Shown: in pieces, positions 10,283-19,747 of the stretch | How the letters are laid out: each line of letters opens with the position of its first letter | How positions within the stretch are numbered: the stretch's first letter is position 1 | Origin: an uncultured Oscillospiraceae bacterium | Lineage (GTDB): Bacteria > Bacillota > Clostridia > Oscillospirales > Oscillospiraceae | NCBI GenBank assembly: GCA_934589225.1 | Contig: CAKTNS010000006.1 | Coordinates: forward strand, 809 to 64,808 | Length of the DNA: 64,000 nucleotides | Direction of reading: 5' to 3' | Notes under the pieces: generated by a model | Databases searched by the model: none | The model's input: the letters and a program-made list of their open reading frames with translations, nothing else | What the model was told of the DNA's origin: nothing | Made by a program: the position numbers and the translations under genes

Positions 10283-10476
10283 GCCGAAGCAAGAAATGGA
10301 GGCTGGAATGGACGTTCTTTCTGGGCGGGAATGGACGGCGGCAGTATCATCCACTCTGTCAGCGCTGTGCATATGGCTGTAAACAGAGTTTCCGGGTGAA
10401 ACAACTGTCCTGCCCGCATTACAGTTCCAGGCGGGCAAAAAACTGTATGGATATGGGTGGAAAAACGGCTGAATAA
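10279..10476 (+). CDS. Small cysteine-rich protein (Cys-rich VLP-like)
   Basis: ATG overlaps the upstream stop. CQRCAYGCKQSFRVKQLSCPHY is a Cys pattern recalled from ICE-associated Cys-rich VLP proteins. Confidence 0.5.
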   Translation: MSRSKKWRLEWTFFLGGNGRRQYHPLCQRCAYGCKQSFRVKQLSCPHYSSRRAKNCMDMGGKTAE

Positions 10477-10591
10477 TCCTCTGTATCCGTATCTTCAATG
10501 AGGGCCTTTATGATTTCTCATGTGTGTACTTTCCTGCTGGCATACAGAGAGAATGGCTCGATTTTGCACACTTTCTTTTACACACAAAATG

Positions 10592-10640
10592 GGCGTACAG
10601 CCTTTCGGTTTGTCCGATTGGCTGTACGCCTAGTATTTTT
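10592..10640 (+). terminator. Rho-independent terminator closing the ICE backbone operon
   Basis: ggcgtacagcc ... ggctgtacgcc stem followed by tagtattttt. Confidence 0.7.
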
Positions 10641-10669
10641 GTATTTATGACGATTAGAATGTTGTCGCA

Positions 10670-10698
10670 TTGCAAAATGGTGGTAAGACTGGTATAAT
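10670..10698 (+). promoter_or_regulatory. Sigma-70-type promoter of the Gabija-like cassette
   Basis: TTGCAA, 17 nt spacer, TATAAT, about 60 nt upstream of the gajA-like start. Confidence 0.6.
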
Positions 10699-10757
10699 AA
10701 TATAGTTTAGTAGTAGAATCTATACAGAGAATTCGTTTGCGGCAAAGGAGAAGTACG

Positions 10758-12596
10758 ATGTATATATCTAACCTTACGATTCAAGGCTACAAAGGAACAT
10801 ACGGCAAATCAGCGATTCTTCTTAACAAAGGATTGAATGTTCTCCTGGGGGAAAACGGATGTGGTAAAACAACCATCATTAATGCTCTCCGTCTTCTTTT
10901 CCGTGACCCAGAGGCACCCTATATGTGCTCACCAGACGATTTTTATTGCTCACTGGATAAAACTCAAAAATCGGACACCATTGAAATTGATGCCGTATTG
11001 CCAGAACTAACTGAGGATGAAAAAATAATGTTCCTTTCCTGGTGCAATGCAGATTTTAATGCTCATTTACACCTCCGCATTACGGAAAATACTATAAAGC
11101 CGGGAACCATGAAACGCAAGTTCTGGGGTGGAGAATCCACGGCCTGTATCTGGGAAGAAGATACTTTTGATAGAATAGACTGCATTTATCTACCTCCGTT
11201 GCGGGATGCTGAGGCAAAATTAGCAGCAGGAAAGCACTCCCGTTTGGCCATGTTGTTAAAGAAAAAGTATGGGGATAATACCGAACCGCTTGTTAGAAGT
11301 GTGTCAGATTTTAACAATGAAATCGTTCAAAATACATCTGGTAAGTACACGGAAATTCAAGAAATAAAATCTTCTATAAACGGAAAAGTTCGGGAAGCCG
11401 TTGGTGCTGAACTCGGACAGAGCGTCAACTTGCAGTTTTCAGAAACAACGTTTAACAGAATTATTGAAAATATCCGCCTGGTCTTTTTCCCTGAAATCGG
11501 TGAAACCGACATTAAGAAATTCCGTGATCTGGCTACAAATAGTTTGGGTTATAATAACTTGCTTTATATTGCTACAGTTTTAGCCGAACTCGAACTGGTG
11601 AAGAATTCTGATGCTTTTACACTGCTTTTAATTGAAGAACCGGAAGCGCATCTCCACCCTCAATTACAGGTCAAATTTATCAAGTATCTTGAAACGCTGG
11701 CTGCTACACTGCCTAATTCCCAAGTTATCGTTTCAACACATTCTCCTGTACTTGCTTCATCTGTAGAATTAGATAAATTAATTCACATAACCGGTGGAAA
11801 TGGTACTATTACTTCAACTACCCTCAGTCGCAAGGTTTTTAGTGATAGGAACAATGATTCCTTCAAAAAGTACATAAACAGGTGGATGGATGTTACAAAA
11901 TCTACCATGCTCTTTTCTCGCGGGATTATTCTGGTTGAGGGCATTGCCGAAGCGCTGGTTTTGCCCAGAATTGCGCAAATCGTATTGAGTAATTACAATA
12001 GGACTCATAAAGAACCTAAAACTTTGCCACTTTCTTTAGATGAATTGGGTGTCTCAGTTATTAATATTAACGGAATCAATTTTAAATACTTTATGAAACT
12101 ATTTGGAAACTTTGCAGAATCATCAGGACCGAATATTCCTATCTTCTGTTCTGGTGTAACAGACAATGATCCAGGTAAAAGTATTTTCCCGAAGAAGGGT
12201 GATTCTCCAACCAGCACAAATCATATTGTAGCCGAAAAATCCAGTATAGATAACAATCAGTGGACACGTCTCTTTGTTTCTCCTCTGAAAACATTCGAGT
12301 ATGATTTGGCAATATACAATCCTAAACTTTTGGCAGAAGCTTTAAAAGATATTTGGCCAACGGACAACGGCACTGTTTCTTCTACGTTAAATACAATAGC
12401 CAATCGGGACAGGTCTAAAGAAGATCTTGCTACGCTGGCCAATGATGCGAAATTCATCTATGAGCATATTGAAGATTGTCAAGTTGGTAAGGGAGTATTT
12501 GCGGACACACTAGCTGAAAAAATAGATGACACATTTGTTGTGCCTGAATACCTTTCTAGTGCAATTCTTTGGGCATGTGGGGGAAGGGCTCTATGA
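10758..12596 (+). CDS. gajA: OLD-family ATP-dependent nuclease (ABC-type ATPase plus Toprim), GajA-like
   Basis: Walker A GENGCGKTT, Walker B LLLIEEPEAHLHP, Toprim ILVEGIAEALVLP and GVTDNDPG. AAGGAG RBS 8 nt before ATG 10758. Confidence 0.75.
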   Translation: MYISNLTIQGYKGTYGKSAILLNKGLNVLLGENGCGKTTIINALRLLFRDPEAPYMCSPDDFYCSLDKTQKSDTIEIDAVLPELTEDEKIMFLSWCNADFNAHLHLRITENTIKPGTMKRKFWGGESTACIWEEDTFDRIDCIYLPPLRDAEAKLAAGKHSRLAMLLKKKYGDNTEPLVRSVSDFNNEIVQNTSGKYTEIQEIKSSINGKVREAVGAELGQSVNLQFSETTFNRIIENIRLVFFPEIGETDIKKFRDLATNSLGYNNLLYIATVLAELELVKNSDAFTLLLIEEPEAHLHPQLQVKFIKYLETLAATLPNSQVIVSTHSPVLASSVELDKLIHITGGNGTITSTTLSRKVFSDRNNDSFKKYINRWMDVTKSTMLFSRGIILVEGIAEALVLPRIAQIVLSNYNRTHKEPKTLPLSLDELGVSVININGINFKYFMKLFGNFAESSGPNIPIFCSGVTDNDPGKSIFPKKGDSPTSTNHIVAEKSSIDNNQWTRLFVSPLKTFEYDLAIYNPKLLAEALKDIWPTDNGTVSSTLNTIANRDRSKEDLATLANDAKFIYEHIEDCQVGKGVFADTLAEKIDDTFVVPEYLSSAILWACGGRAL

Positions 12597-14485
12597 CAAG
12601 GGATGAAAAGCTTTCTCAAATCTCAGCAGTCCTTTTCCATGGCAGAGTGCCCACAGAACAGGGTAAGACAAGGCTAGAAGAAAAAACAGATGAACAGCTA
12701 GACTATATTTTATCGTCCAGTAACCAATGTACTTATGTTGAAGCATATGCCGGAAGTGGAAAGACTGAAATATTGGCGTTGAAGGCTGCCTATGAAATAT
12801 GCAACTGGGATGATAGAAAATCTGGCATTGCGGTATTAACTTTTACCAACGAAGCCTCCGCTACAGTTATTGATCGTGTTTCGTATTTTTACAATAAACC
12901 ACTCCCATCAAACCATTTCATCGGAACATTTTCAAGTTTTGTTCATGGCTATATAGCGCAACGCTTTGGTTATAAAGTCTATGGATACCAGCGTGATGAG
13001 CCGGATAAGTCATTTATTGTTGTGGATTCTGATATCAGTGCGTATAATAATCAGTGGCTAAAACATTACAAATTGGATTTTCAGATTCAATCACAGACTA
13101 TATATGCAAATCAACTGGATTACAGGCGCAAGTGGTTTGTAAGTCAGAAGGACGCACCGCATTCCCTAGATGATTTAATATGTTCACAAAACAAGTCCAA
13201 AGCGGACAATGAATCACAAATTAAGTATCTACATTCAAAAGTCATGGAATGCAAGCAGAAATTCTGGAATGCAGGATTTGCAACATTTGAGGATATGAAT
13301 CTGTTTGCTATTAAATGCCTTAGAAACGAAGAAATTTGCCGGATCGTTTCTAAGAAGTTCCCGGTCATTTTGGTTGATGAATGTCAAGATCTTTCACGTA
13401 ATGAGCTTTGCGTTCTTCAATATCTGATTAATGCCGGAACCACCGTTCACTACGTTGGAGATTTACATCAAGCAATTTACTCTTTTAAGGATGCATCCCC
13501 CGACTTGTTTAGAGAACATATTCGGTGTACAGCATTCAATACCATGTATCTAAGCCAAAATTTTAGAAGCACACAATGCATTGTGGACTTTTCACGAAAA
13601 ATTGGAGGGATTAGCACACCTATTTCTGGGAGCATGGAAAGTATATGCCACCAATTTGATTGTTCTTATTTAGAGTATGATGAAATCAACGGTGCAATTG
13701 CGGACTTCATTGCTATTCTTGATCATTTTGGAATATCGACTGATAATTCTGCTGTTTTAGTAAGAACAAGGAATTTGAAAAACAGAATCCTTGGCGGTGA
13801 TAGATGCGATTATTTTAAGCATCCCATTATAAATTCCATACAATTATGGCAACAAGATGAACTCCACGCAAAAAGAATGGCTCTTAATCTTATTGCTTTT
13901 CAACTTCAAAAATGGATTGGTTTTCAAGGTATTCAGAATAGAAACTACTACTGTGAGGAAGTTTGCCCTAGCCCTGTTTCATGGCGATTATTACTGCGGG
14001 ATATTCTTGATGGCTTGTGTGCCAAGTTTCCAATTGTGGACATGGACAACCAAACATATAGTTCATGGTATACAAGCAACAAGGCACAGATCATTGAAGT
14101 GATTAACCAGCATCTAAAGGGAATAGGGCAAAATATTTCCGGCATACCAATTCGGTCTCCCTCTGGGACAGGAAAGCAGCTCATAGAAACGGTACATCTA
14201 AACGTTCGGCCGAGAATAAAAGTTGAAACAGTCCATGCGGCAAAGGGTTGTACATTTGATGCTGTGCTATTATTATCCACAGCCAGCAGTCAGGGAAAAA
14301 CAGGTTATTGGAAAAGCTGGCTTGATCCTAACACTGAAGCTGGGAGAATTGCTTATGTTGGGAGCACACGTTCGCGTTATCTCTTGGTATGGGGGGTTAG
14401 TACGCTCTCTGGCACCGAGCGAAGTGAACTCGAAGCTCTAGGGCTTTCAAAAATATCCACAAGTAGCTTTTTAGCGGAACAGTAG
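12593..14485 (+). CDS. gajB: UvrD/PcrA-type superfamily 1 helicase, GajB-like
   Basis: AYAGSGKTE (Walker A), ILVDECQDLS (motif II), NFRSTQ, VHAAKGCTFDAVLLL, YVGSTRSRYLL. The start overlaps the gajA-like stop. Confidence 0.75.
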   Translation: MTRDEKLSQISAVLFHGRVPTEQGKTRLEEKTDEQLDYILSSSNQCTYVEAYAGSGKTEILALKAAYEICNWDDRKSGIAVLTFTNEASATVIDRVSYFYNKPLPSNHFIGTFSSFVHGYIAQRFGYKVYGYQRDEPDKSFIVVDSDISAYNNQWLKHYKLDFQIQSQTIYANQLDYRRKWFVSQKDAPHSLDDLICSQNKSKADNESQIKYLHSKVMECKQKFWNAGFATFEDMNLFAIKCLRNEEICRIVSKKFPVILVDECQDLSRNELCVLQYLINAGTTVHYVGDLHQAIYSFKDASPDLFREHIRCTAFNTMYLSQNFRSTQCIVDFSRKIGGISTPISGSMESICHQFDCSYLEYDEINGAIADFIAILDHFGISTDNSAVLVRTRNLKNRILGGDRCDYFKHPIINSIQLWQQDELHAKRMALNLIAFQLQKWIGFQGIQNRNYYCEEVCPSPVSWRLLLRDILDGLCAKFPIVDMDNQTYSSWYTSNKAQIIEVINQHLKGIGQNISGIPIRSPSGTGKQLIETVHLNVRPRIKVETVHAAKGCTFDAVLLLSTASSQGKTGYWKSWLDPNTEAGRIAYVGSTRSRYLLVWGVSTLSGTERSELEALGLSKISTSSFLAEQ

Positions 14486-14493
14486 TTGACAAC

Positions 14494-14543
14494 GCAGGGT
14501 ATATTATTGGGATTGCCAATAATATACCCTGCATTCATTTTTG
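14494..14543 (+). terminator. Strong rho-independent terminator
   Basis: Perfect 17-bp stem gcagggtatattattgg/ccaataatataccctgc with a T-rich tail. Confidence 0.8.
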
Positions 14544-14607
14544 TAGAACAATAATTAACTTTTCATCTGTGCGGGCGGCAGTTTCCTGCATTTCCGTAAT
14601 GAGGAAA

Positions 14608-14940
14608 TTATTCTACAATTAGCCGGTACGCTGTCAGTGGTACATACCACGCCGCTACAATCAATCGCCAGGCCAGAATGAACCCACCGATGATACCGCC
14701 GATAATGAAGTTGAGCGCAAACATGGCAACCCCGCCGCCCGTGGAGTTTCCACCCGGTACAAACCAGAAACACATCCAGTGGAGGCCAAAGGGCAGCCCG
14801 CAGAGTATCCAGAGCCATAGATAATCAATTACTCCATCCTTCATACAGGCGGATTTGAAGATGCACACCAGCAGGGCCGCGCTAACTACGGGTATTACGC
14901 TCTTTCTAAAAAACTGAAAGACCACTTCTTTTCTCGTCAT
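14608..14940 (-). CDS. Small integral membrane protein, function unknown
   Basis: Three hydrophobic helices (VIPVVSAALLVCIF, LWLWILCGLPFGLHWMCFWFV, FALNFIIGGIIGGFILAWRLIVAAW). GGGAGG RBS before ATG at 14940. Confidence 0.5.
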   Translation of the reverse strand: MTRKEVVFQFFRKSVIPVVSAALLVCIFKSACMKDGVIDYLWLWILCGLPFGLHWMCFWFVPGGNSTGGGVAMFALNFIIGGIIGGFILAWRLIVAAWYVPLTAYRLIVE

Positions 14941-15011
14941 GGTATATCGCCTCCCGGAATCCATTATAACATCTGCGGATTTAGGAGGCGCTAATAATCT
15001 GCGAACGATGC

Positions 15012-15332
15012 CTATTTCGCAAACTTTTCCCAGACCTTTTCATACCCAGCGAATCCTTCATCTACAATGCGCCCAACGTCCTCGCTGCCCACGCTTTTCC
15101 GCTGGCCGCAGGACACATTCGCCAGGATCAGCACCAGGCGCACGGCGTTGAACAGGTGCGTTTTGATTTCTTCCTCCTTGGTCGCCCAGCCACGGTTAGG
15201 GGTATCTCCTGGGCGGCGGATGGTGTCGGCCAGATGAGCCAGTTCCTCCAAAGCACGTTTGCACTTTTCCTCATACCAACTCTGCATATTGGGTACTTTC
15301 CCGGTGACGATGATGACCGGCTTTTCATTCAT
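15012..15332 (-). CDS. Hypothetical protein downstream of the relaxase
   Basis: AAGGAG RBS 7 nt upstream. Tightly packed after the relaxase stop. No recognisable motif. Confidence 0.4.
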   Translation of the reverse strand: MNEKPVIIVTGKVPNMQSWYEEKCKRALEELAHLADTIRRPGDTPNRGWATKEEEIKTHLFNAVRLVLILANVSCGQRKSVGSEDVGRIVDEGFAGYEKVWEKFAK

Positions 15333-15347
15333 ATTGCATTCTCCTTT

Positions 15348-16667
15348 TTATTCTAGCTCTTGTGTAATGCTCTGCTTCGGCGGGAGCAGAATGTCCAGAT
15401 TTCGTTTGATGGTATCGTACTCTTTCACCTGTTGCTTGGCGGCGGTGTACTGTGCGTACAAAGTACCCTTCTGCGCAGTCAGTTCTGACAGCTCTCCTTC
15501 CAGTTTTTCAGCGGCGGGCAGCGGGACAGCCCCCAGACGTTTCAACTCCCGGGCAGCGGCTTCAAAAAGGATGATCTCGCTCTCATGCCCACGAAAGAAT
15601 TTTTCCTTATCATCTGACTTCCGGTAACGGTTATAGATGGGGCGGCTCTTCCTATAAGTAGCGGCGTATTTGGCAATCAGATTCAGCTCCGCAATTCTGC
15701 CCTCCACGGCCTTGATGGAAGCGAGCGAATCATCCACAGCGGTATTCAACTCTGCCAGCTTGCTATCCAGAGCCTCATAGCTTTCAATGCCGTGCTCTGC
15801 CAGATAGTTTAGGGTTTTGGCACCTTCTTTCAGCTTTTGGAGCTTCGCCCAGTGTTGGAGCCCAGGGCTTTGGTTGTCCTGGATGACGGCGATCCGCTGA
15901 ATGCTGCTATCCCGCACCTTGGAGCACTTCGATGGGCGAGTACGGCCTGCAATTCTGGCCGTAAGGGCTTCTTCTGTATAATCGATTCCCAGAGTTTTTA
16001 GCCGGGTAAACCGCTCCTGATCGGATGCCCGACAGGAAATGTATTTTCCCCGCCGGATTTCGTATCCTTCCTCCCGCAATCTACGAAGCAGATCTTCCAG
16101 ATTTATGCAGGCAGGAAGCAGCTGGTCAATGGCAGATTTCAGCATTGCCTTATAGCTGGTGCCATTTCTAACCGCCTGATGCTCAACGTAGCTCTTGCCC
16201 TTCTCCTGTCCGGGAACGATGACGAACAGGCCATGCTCCTTACTGAGCCGATCAGAGGCGCGACGAATCTCATAATAGCTGCGCTTGTTGGAATGGTAGT
16301 GCCTGTGATCCGTGAAGCTGACGGCATTCCAGATCACATGATTATGGATATGCCCACGGTCAATGTGGGTGGTCAGGACGAACTCATATTTCCCACCCAG
16401 AATTTCCTTTGCCAGCTCCAAACCGATTTGATGGGCCTCCTCCGGCGTTACCTCTCCGGGAGCGAATGCCTGGATCAAATGGCGGCCCAGGTTCTCGCCC
16501 TTGTCAATGGCGTGCTGCCTGGTCCATGCAAATTCAATATCGGCGGTTTCAGCGGAGCAGCCGTAGGAAGAAATCAGCAGACTTCCATCCGTCTTGGCCG
16601 GGTTGCAGATGTAATCAATGGCGGCCTTTAGGGTAGACTTGATAGGATGCGTCTTTGTAACTGCCAT
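15348..16667 (-). CDS. Relaxase/mobilisation nuclease (MobA/VirD2-type)
   Basis: N-terminal relaxase fold with HIDRGHIHNHVIWN histidine triad and a coiled-coil C-terminus. Preceded by mobC. Confidence 0.85.
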   Translation of the reverse strand: MAVTKTHPIKSTLKAAIDYICNPAKTDGSLLISSYGCSAETADIEFAWTRQHAIDKGENLGRHLIQAFAPGEVTPEEAHQIGLELAKEILGGKYEFVLTTHIDRGHIHNHVIWNAVSFTDHRHYHSNKRSYYEIRRASDRLSKEHGLFVIVPGQEKGKSYVEHQAVRNGTSYKAMLKSAIDQLLPACINLEDLLRRLREEGYEIRRGKYISCRASDQERFTRLKTLGIDYTEEALTARIAGRTRPSKCSKVRDSSIQRIAVIQDNQSPGLQHWAKLQKLKEGAKTLNYLAEHGIESYEALDSKLAELNTAVDDSLASIKAVEGRIAELNLIAKYAATYRKSRPIYNRYRKSDDKEKFFRGHESEIILFEAAARELKRLGAVPLPAAEKLEGELSELTAQKGTLYAQYTAAKQQVKEYDTIKRNLDILLPPKQSITQELE

Positions 16668-16957
16668 ATTTCATCCAGCCTCTCCCGGATTTCCTGGATA
16701 TCTGCCTGGTACAGAGAATCCCCGGCGTTTGCCCGCTTGGCAATCTGGTTGATATTCCGCCCAATGGCCGCCAGCTCCCCGGTAAAGGCTTTGATATCCG
16801 CAGTGTCCAGATTGATGATATGCCCGTCAATCGCCATCTTCCGAAGATAGGCCCCCATCCGCTTTGCCGGGAGCTGGGACAGCTTTTCGTCAATAAGCCG
16901 TTTTTCCTCCTCCGTGACGTAAAATTTGATTTGAATATTTCGCTTTCTGACTGCCAT
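16628..16957 (-). CDS. mobC: MobC-family relaxosome accessory protein
   Basis: RKRNIQIKFYVTEEEKRLIDEK ... IGRNINQIAKRAN, the typical MobC pattern. Overlaps the relaxase start. Confidence 0.8.
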   Translation of the reverse strand: MAVRKRNIQIKFYVTEEEKRLIDEKLSQLPAKRMGAYLRKMAIDGHIINLDTADIKAFTGELAAIGRNINQIAKRANAGDSLYQADIQEIRERLDEIWQLQRRILSSLP

Positions 16958-17166
16958 CTACCGCCTCCGTTTTCGTTCAAGGGTTTGGGATTTGCCCAAT
17001 AACAAATTTCGCAAGTGGGTACTCACTTGCTGTGCTTGCTATCGTATCTTTCTCGTTCCAAGTATGTAATCCTGCGTATTCGTATTTGGCAACTATATAT
17101 AACAACAATAATAAATTTTTTATTACATCCCACCGCTTGGCAACAAAGTTATTTGAGGTATAGTAA

Positions 17167-17207
17167 AAATTCAGCAGCTTCCGTAAAAACTGTAAGCTGC
17201 TGAATTT
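17167..17207 (-). terminator. Bidirectional-type terminator downstream of the VanZ-fusion gene
   Basis: 13-14 bp perfect stem aaattcagcagctt/aagctgctgaattt flanked by A and T runs. Confidence 0.75.
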
Positions 17208-17238
17208 AATTGCTATAATCTATTGCTTGTACGGTGTA

Positions 17239-18714
17239 TCATTGCAGTGCCGGAATTATTACCCTCTCTTCATAGTCTTTTCCTGTCAGATAAAATGCAT
17301 ATACAGGTTGAAGAAATTTCTTTGTATCAACTTCGTATTCTAGCTTGATCGAATTTACCGTAACATTGGTTAAGCCCATCTGATCAAAAGATGTATTGCT
17401 TTTGAATTTACCTCGGTAGACAGCTTGGCACGCCTTATCTAGAGGAATAATCTTTCCTTGGCTATCGATTGTGAATTTCAACATATGCTGTTCAATATGG
17501 GTGATTTTACCTGATTCAGTATATTTACAACGAATGGTTCCATTTAGCAATTCGTTGTCTACAGAAAGCATTGTGGCGGAAAAAATGTGCCATCCGTTTC
17601 CTGCATAAGAAAAAACTGCATCAATTGGCGGGACAATAGAAAATTTATTTAACTCATTACGTATTATATCTTCACTTGCCTGGGAAGATTTTTCATTGTC
17701 GTTGGTGATTGAGCTATATTCAAAAGTTCCGTCCAGTGTGTATGCAACGAGTTTGTAATATGGCTCTCCTTGATGTATAAACCAGGTTGAATCGTCATAA
17801 TGGTCAACTCGGTTAAATTTTATTCCAAGTTGTTTTTCAAAAAGACTGGCTAACTCAATTGAGCTATTGATATTGAAGGTAGAAATCTTATATACAGGAG
17901 CAATATCTGACAATGAGCCTACAGAGGCTTGATTTTCCCATTCAATTCTACGGGTGTTCAAGTAGTAGGCTGGAGCACATGGTAAATTCCCGTAGGTTTG
18001 AAAATAATATCTGCAAAAGCCAATACCCCAAAACATTATAACACAAATCGGTAGTATAGCGTAGGTGGACCATGTTTTCCTACTTTCGGGATTTCTTGAG
18101 CTAACGTTGGTAGTAAACATGGATAAGCAGTAACCGAGCATTGCTCCAAGAACATTGCAAAAAATATCGTCGACATCAAATATGCCTATGCTTTTTATAT
18201 ATTGTATTGCTTCGATAGATGTTGAAAGTAAAATTGCGACTAATGCAACTGACCACCATTTACGCATTTGTTTCCATATCATGGGGCATAAAGCTCCGAA
18301 AGGAATGTAGATGACGATACTAAGTATAACGTTCAAAAATGAAGTCGTTGAAAAGGTATTCCAGGCTTCTTGCCATGCCCGAAATAGGTGAAAGTTAAAT
18401 CCAGAGGTACTTCCAACATAACGCAGGATTGTTGTATAAAGTAAAGCAGCTAGGTATCCTATCAGTAATATAAACAAAAGAAGTTTAGGGCGCATTATCT
18501 TTTTTCGGAGTCGATAGGCAAGGAAGCATAAAACAATCGCAACGAGAATCATGGCGAGAATACCGCAAATAATGCTGGCATGAAGAGTGCTAAATATTAG
18601 TCTATACATACTGTGCAATGACTTGTACCTCCTGGCGTATAATGTGAAACTGCCTGTAAAAATTGGTTGTTGGGGGCAACGCCACATAAAACGGCGTTGC
18701 CCCCGCGTTTGCAT
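17239..18714 (-). CDS. VanZ-like membrane domain fused to a large extracytoplasmic domain of unknown function
   Basis: VanZ-like helices (IYIPFGALCPMIW, LLSTSIEAIQYI, DVDDIFCNVLGAMLGY) followed by about 280 aa soluble. The true start may be ATG at 18609. Confidence 0.6.
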   Translation of the reverse strand: MQTRGQRRFMWRCPQQPIFTGSFTLYARRYKSLHSMYRLIFSTLHASIICGILAMILVAIVLCFLAYRLRKKIMRPKLLLFILLIGYLAALLYTTILRYVGSTSGFNFHLFRAWQEAWNTFSTTSFLNVILSIVIYIPFGALCPMIWKQMRKWWSVALVAILLSTSIEAIQYIKSIGIFDVDDIFCNVLGAMLGYCLSMFTTNVSSRNPESRKTWSTYAILPICVIMFWGIGFCRYYFQTYGNLPCAPAYYLNTRRIEWENQASVGSLSDIAPVYKISTFNINSSIELASLFEKQLGIKFNRVDHYDDSTWFIHQGEPYYKLVAYTLDGTFEYSSITNDNEKSSQASEDIIRNELNKFSIVPPIDAVFSYAGNGWHIFSATMLSVDNELLNGTIRCKYTESGKITHIEQHMLKFTIDSQGKIIPLDKACQAVYRGKFKSNTSFDQMGLTNVTVNSIKLEYEVDTKKFLQPVYAFYLTGKDYEERVIIPALQ

Positions 18715-18725
18715 AGGAGAAATTA

Positions 18726-19283
18726 TTAAGTTGCCTTAATTCGGGTCCCCTCGTTTAGGACGGTCCTTGTACCATCTGGAATGATGACAAAGTATACTTT
18801 GTCACTAGATTCAAAGCCGCGCGCCGTTACGGTCTGGTGTACAAGACGAGGAACCCCGACGTCATATACCTTTGTGTTTTTCCATCCCTTTTTAAATACG
18901 CGAAGGATAAAGTCTCCATCTCCGCTGTTAGAGCCAATGAAAAAGTCAAAATCCAGCTTCCCATTATGGCCTGTAAAATAGTAGTTTGAATAAATCGCTG
19001 TTTTGGTCGTATCAGCCTCAAAATAGTAGGATTCCTTATAAGAAAGATCGAATTCCTCTGTTGGTACGGTATATCCATATGTAGCGATACCTTCGCCAGA
19101 GGCACTAATCGTTTCCATTAGCAACGCATCGGCGGCTTCATGCGTAAGCGTCTGTACGGACAGTACTTTTGCACCAGTGAATACAACTTCGTTCTCAAAT
19201 TCATCTGCGCTTGCAGTGAAAATCATGCACAGCAGGAGGACGAAGCACAATAGAATGTTGGTTGCTTTTTTCAGATGTCCCAT
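18726..19283 (-). CDS. Secreted protein, function unknown
   Basis: Signal peptide MGHLKKATNILLCFVLLLCMIFTASA. Beta-rich composition. Adjacent to and co-oriented with the VanZ-fusion gene. Confidence 0.5.
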   Translation of the reverse strand: MGHLKKATNILLCFVLLLCMIFTASADEFENEVVFTGAKVLSVQTLTHEAADALLMETISASGEGIATYGYTVPTEEFDLSYKESYYFEADTTKTAIYSNYYFTGHNGKLDFDFFIGSNSGDGDFILRVFKKGWKNTKVYDVGVPRLVHQTVTARGFESSDKVYFVIIPDGTRTVLNEGTRIKAT

Positions 19284-19691
19284 AATTACTCCTTTAAGTG
19301 TAGTTTGATTCAAATTTCTCCGTAAGATATAGTGACAACTCCATTTAAGTCATCACATCGTTTTTCCAATAGGTTTAGAAAGTAGTTCCTCCTTAACATT
19401 GATTTTCCACCAATTGTCCCGCTTCTCGATGATGGATGTCGAGAAGCAACTGCATATTTTGCTATACACCATTTCAAAATGCAGGGGAGTAATAAAACTG
19501 CTGATCAGGCAGATTTACACAGGTGATATTTGCTTTTGCTGTGTGATTAATCTATCACTACATGATCTATATTTCAAGGGATGCTGCAGAACTGCAAGGA
19601 ATTTATGGAGTTTTGCAATTCGAATCCGAGTTACCATGGTGGTCGGCCACCATTAAACTAGCCCAGGGCGGATTCCTCGTATCTCGTATAA

Positions 19692-19731
19692 AGACGACAG
19701 TCCCTGTCTCTAAAGGCAGGAACTGTCGTCT
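19692..19731 (-). terminator. Terminator downstream of the histidine kinase gene
   Basis: agacgacagt ... actgtcgtct 10-bp stem just 3' of the kinase stop. Confidence 0.6.
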
Positions 19732-19747
19732 GCGAAGTAGGAGGTAT

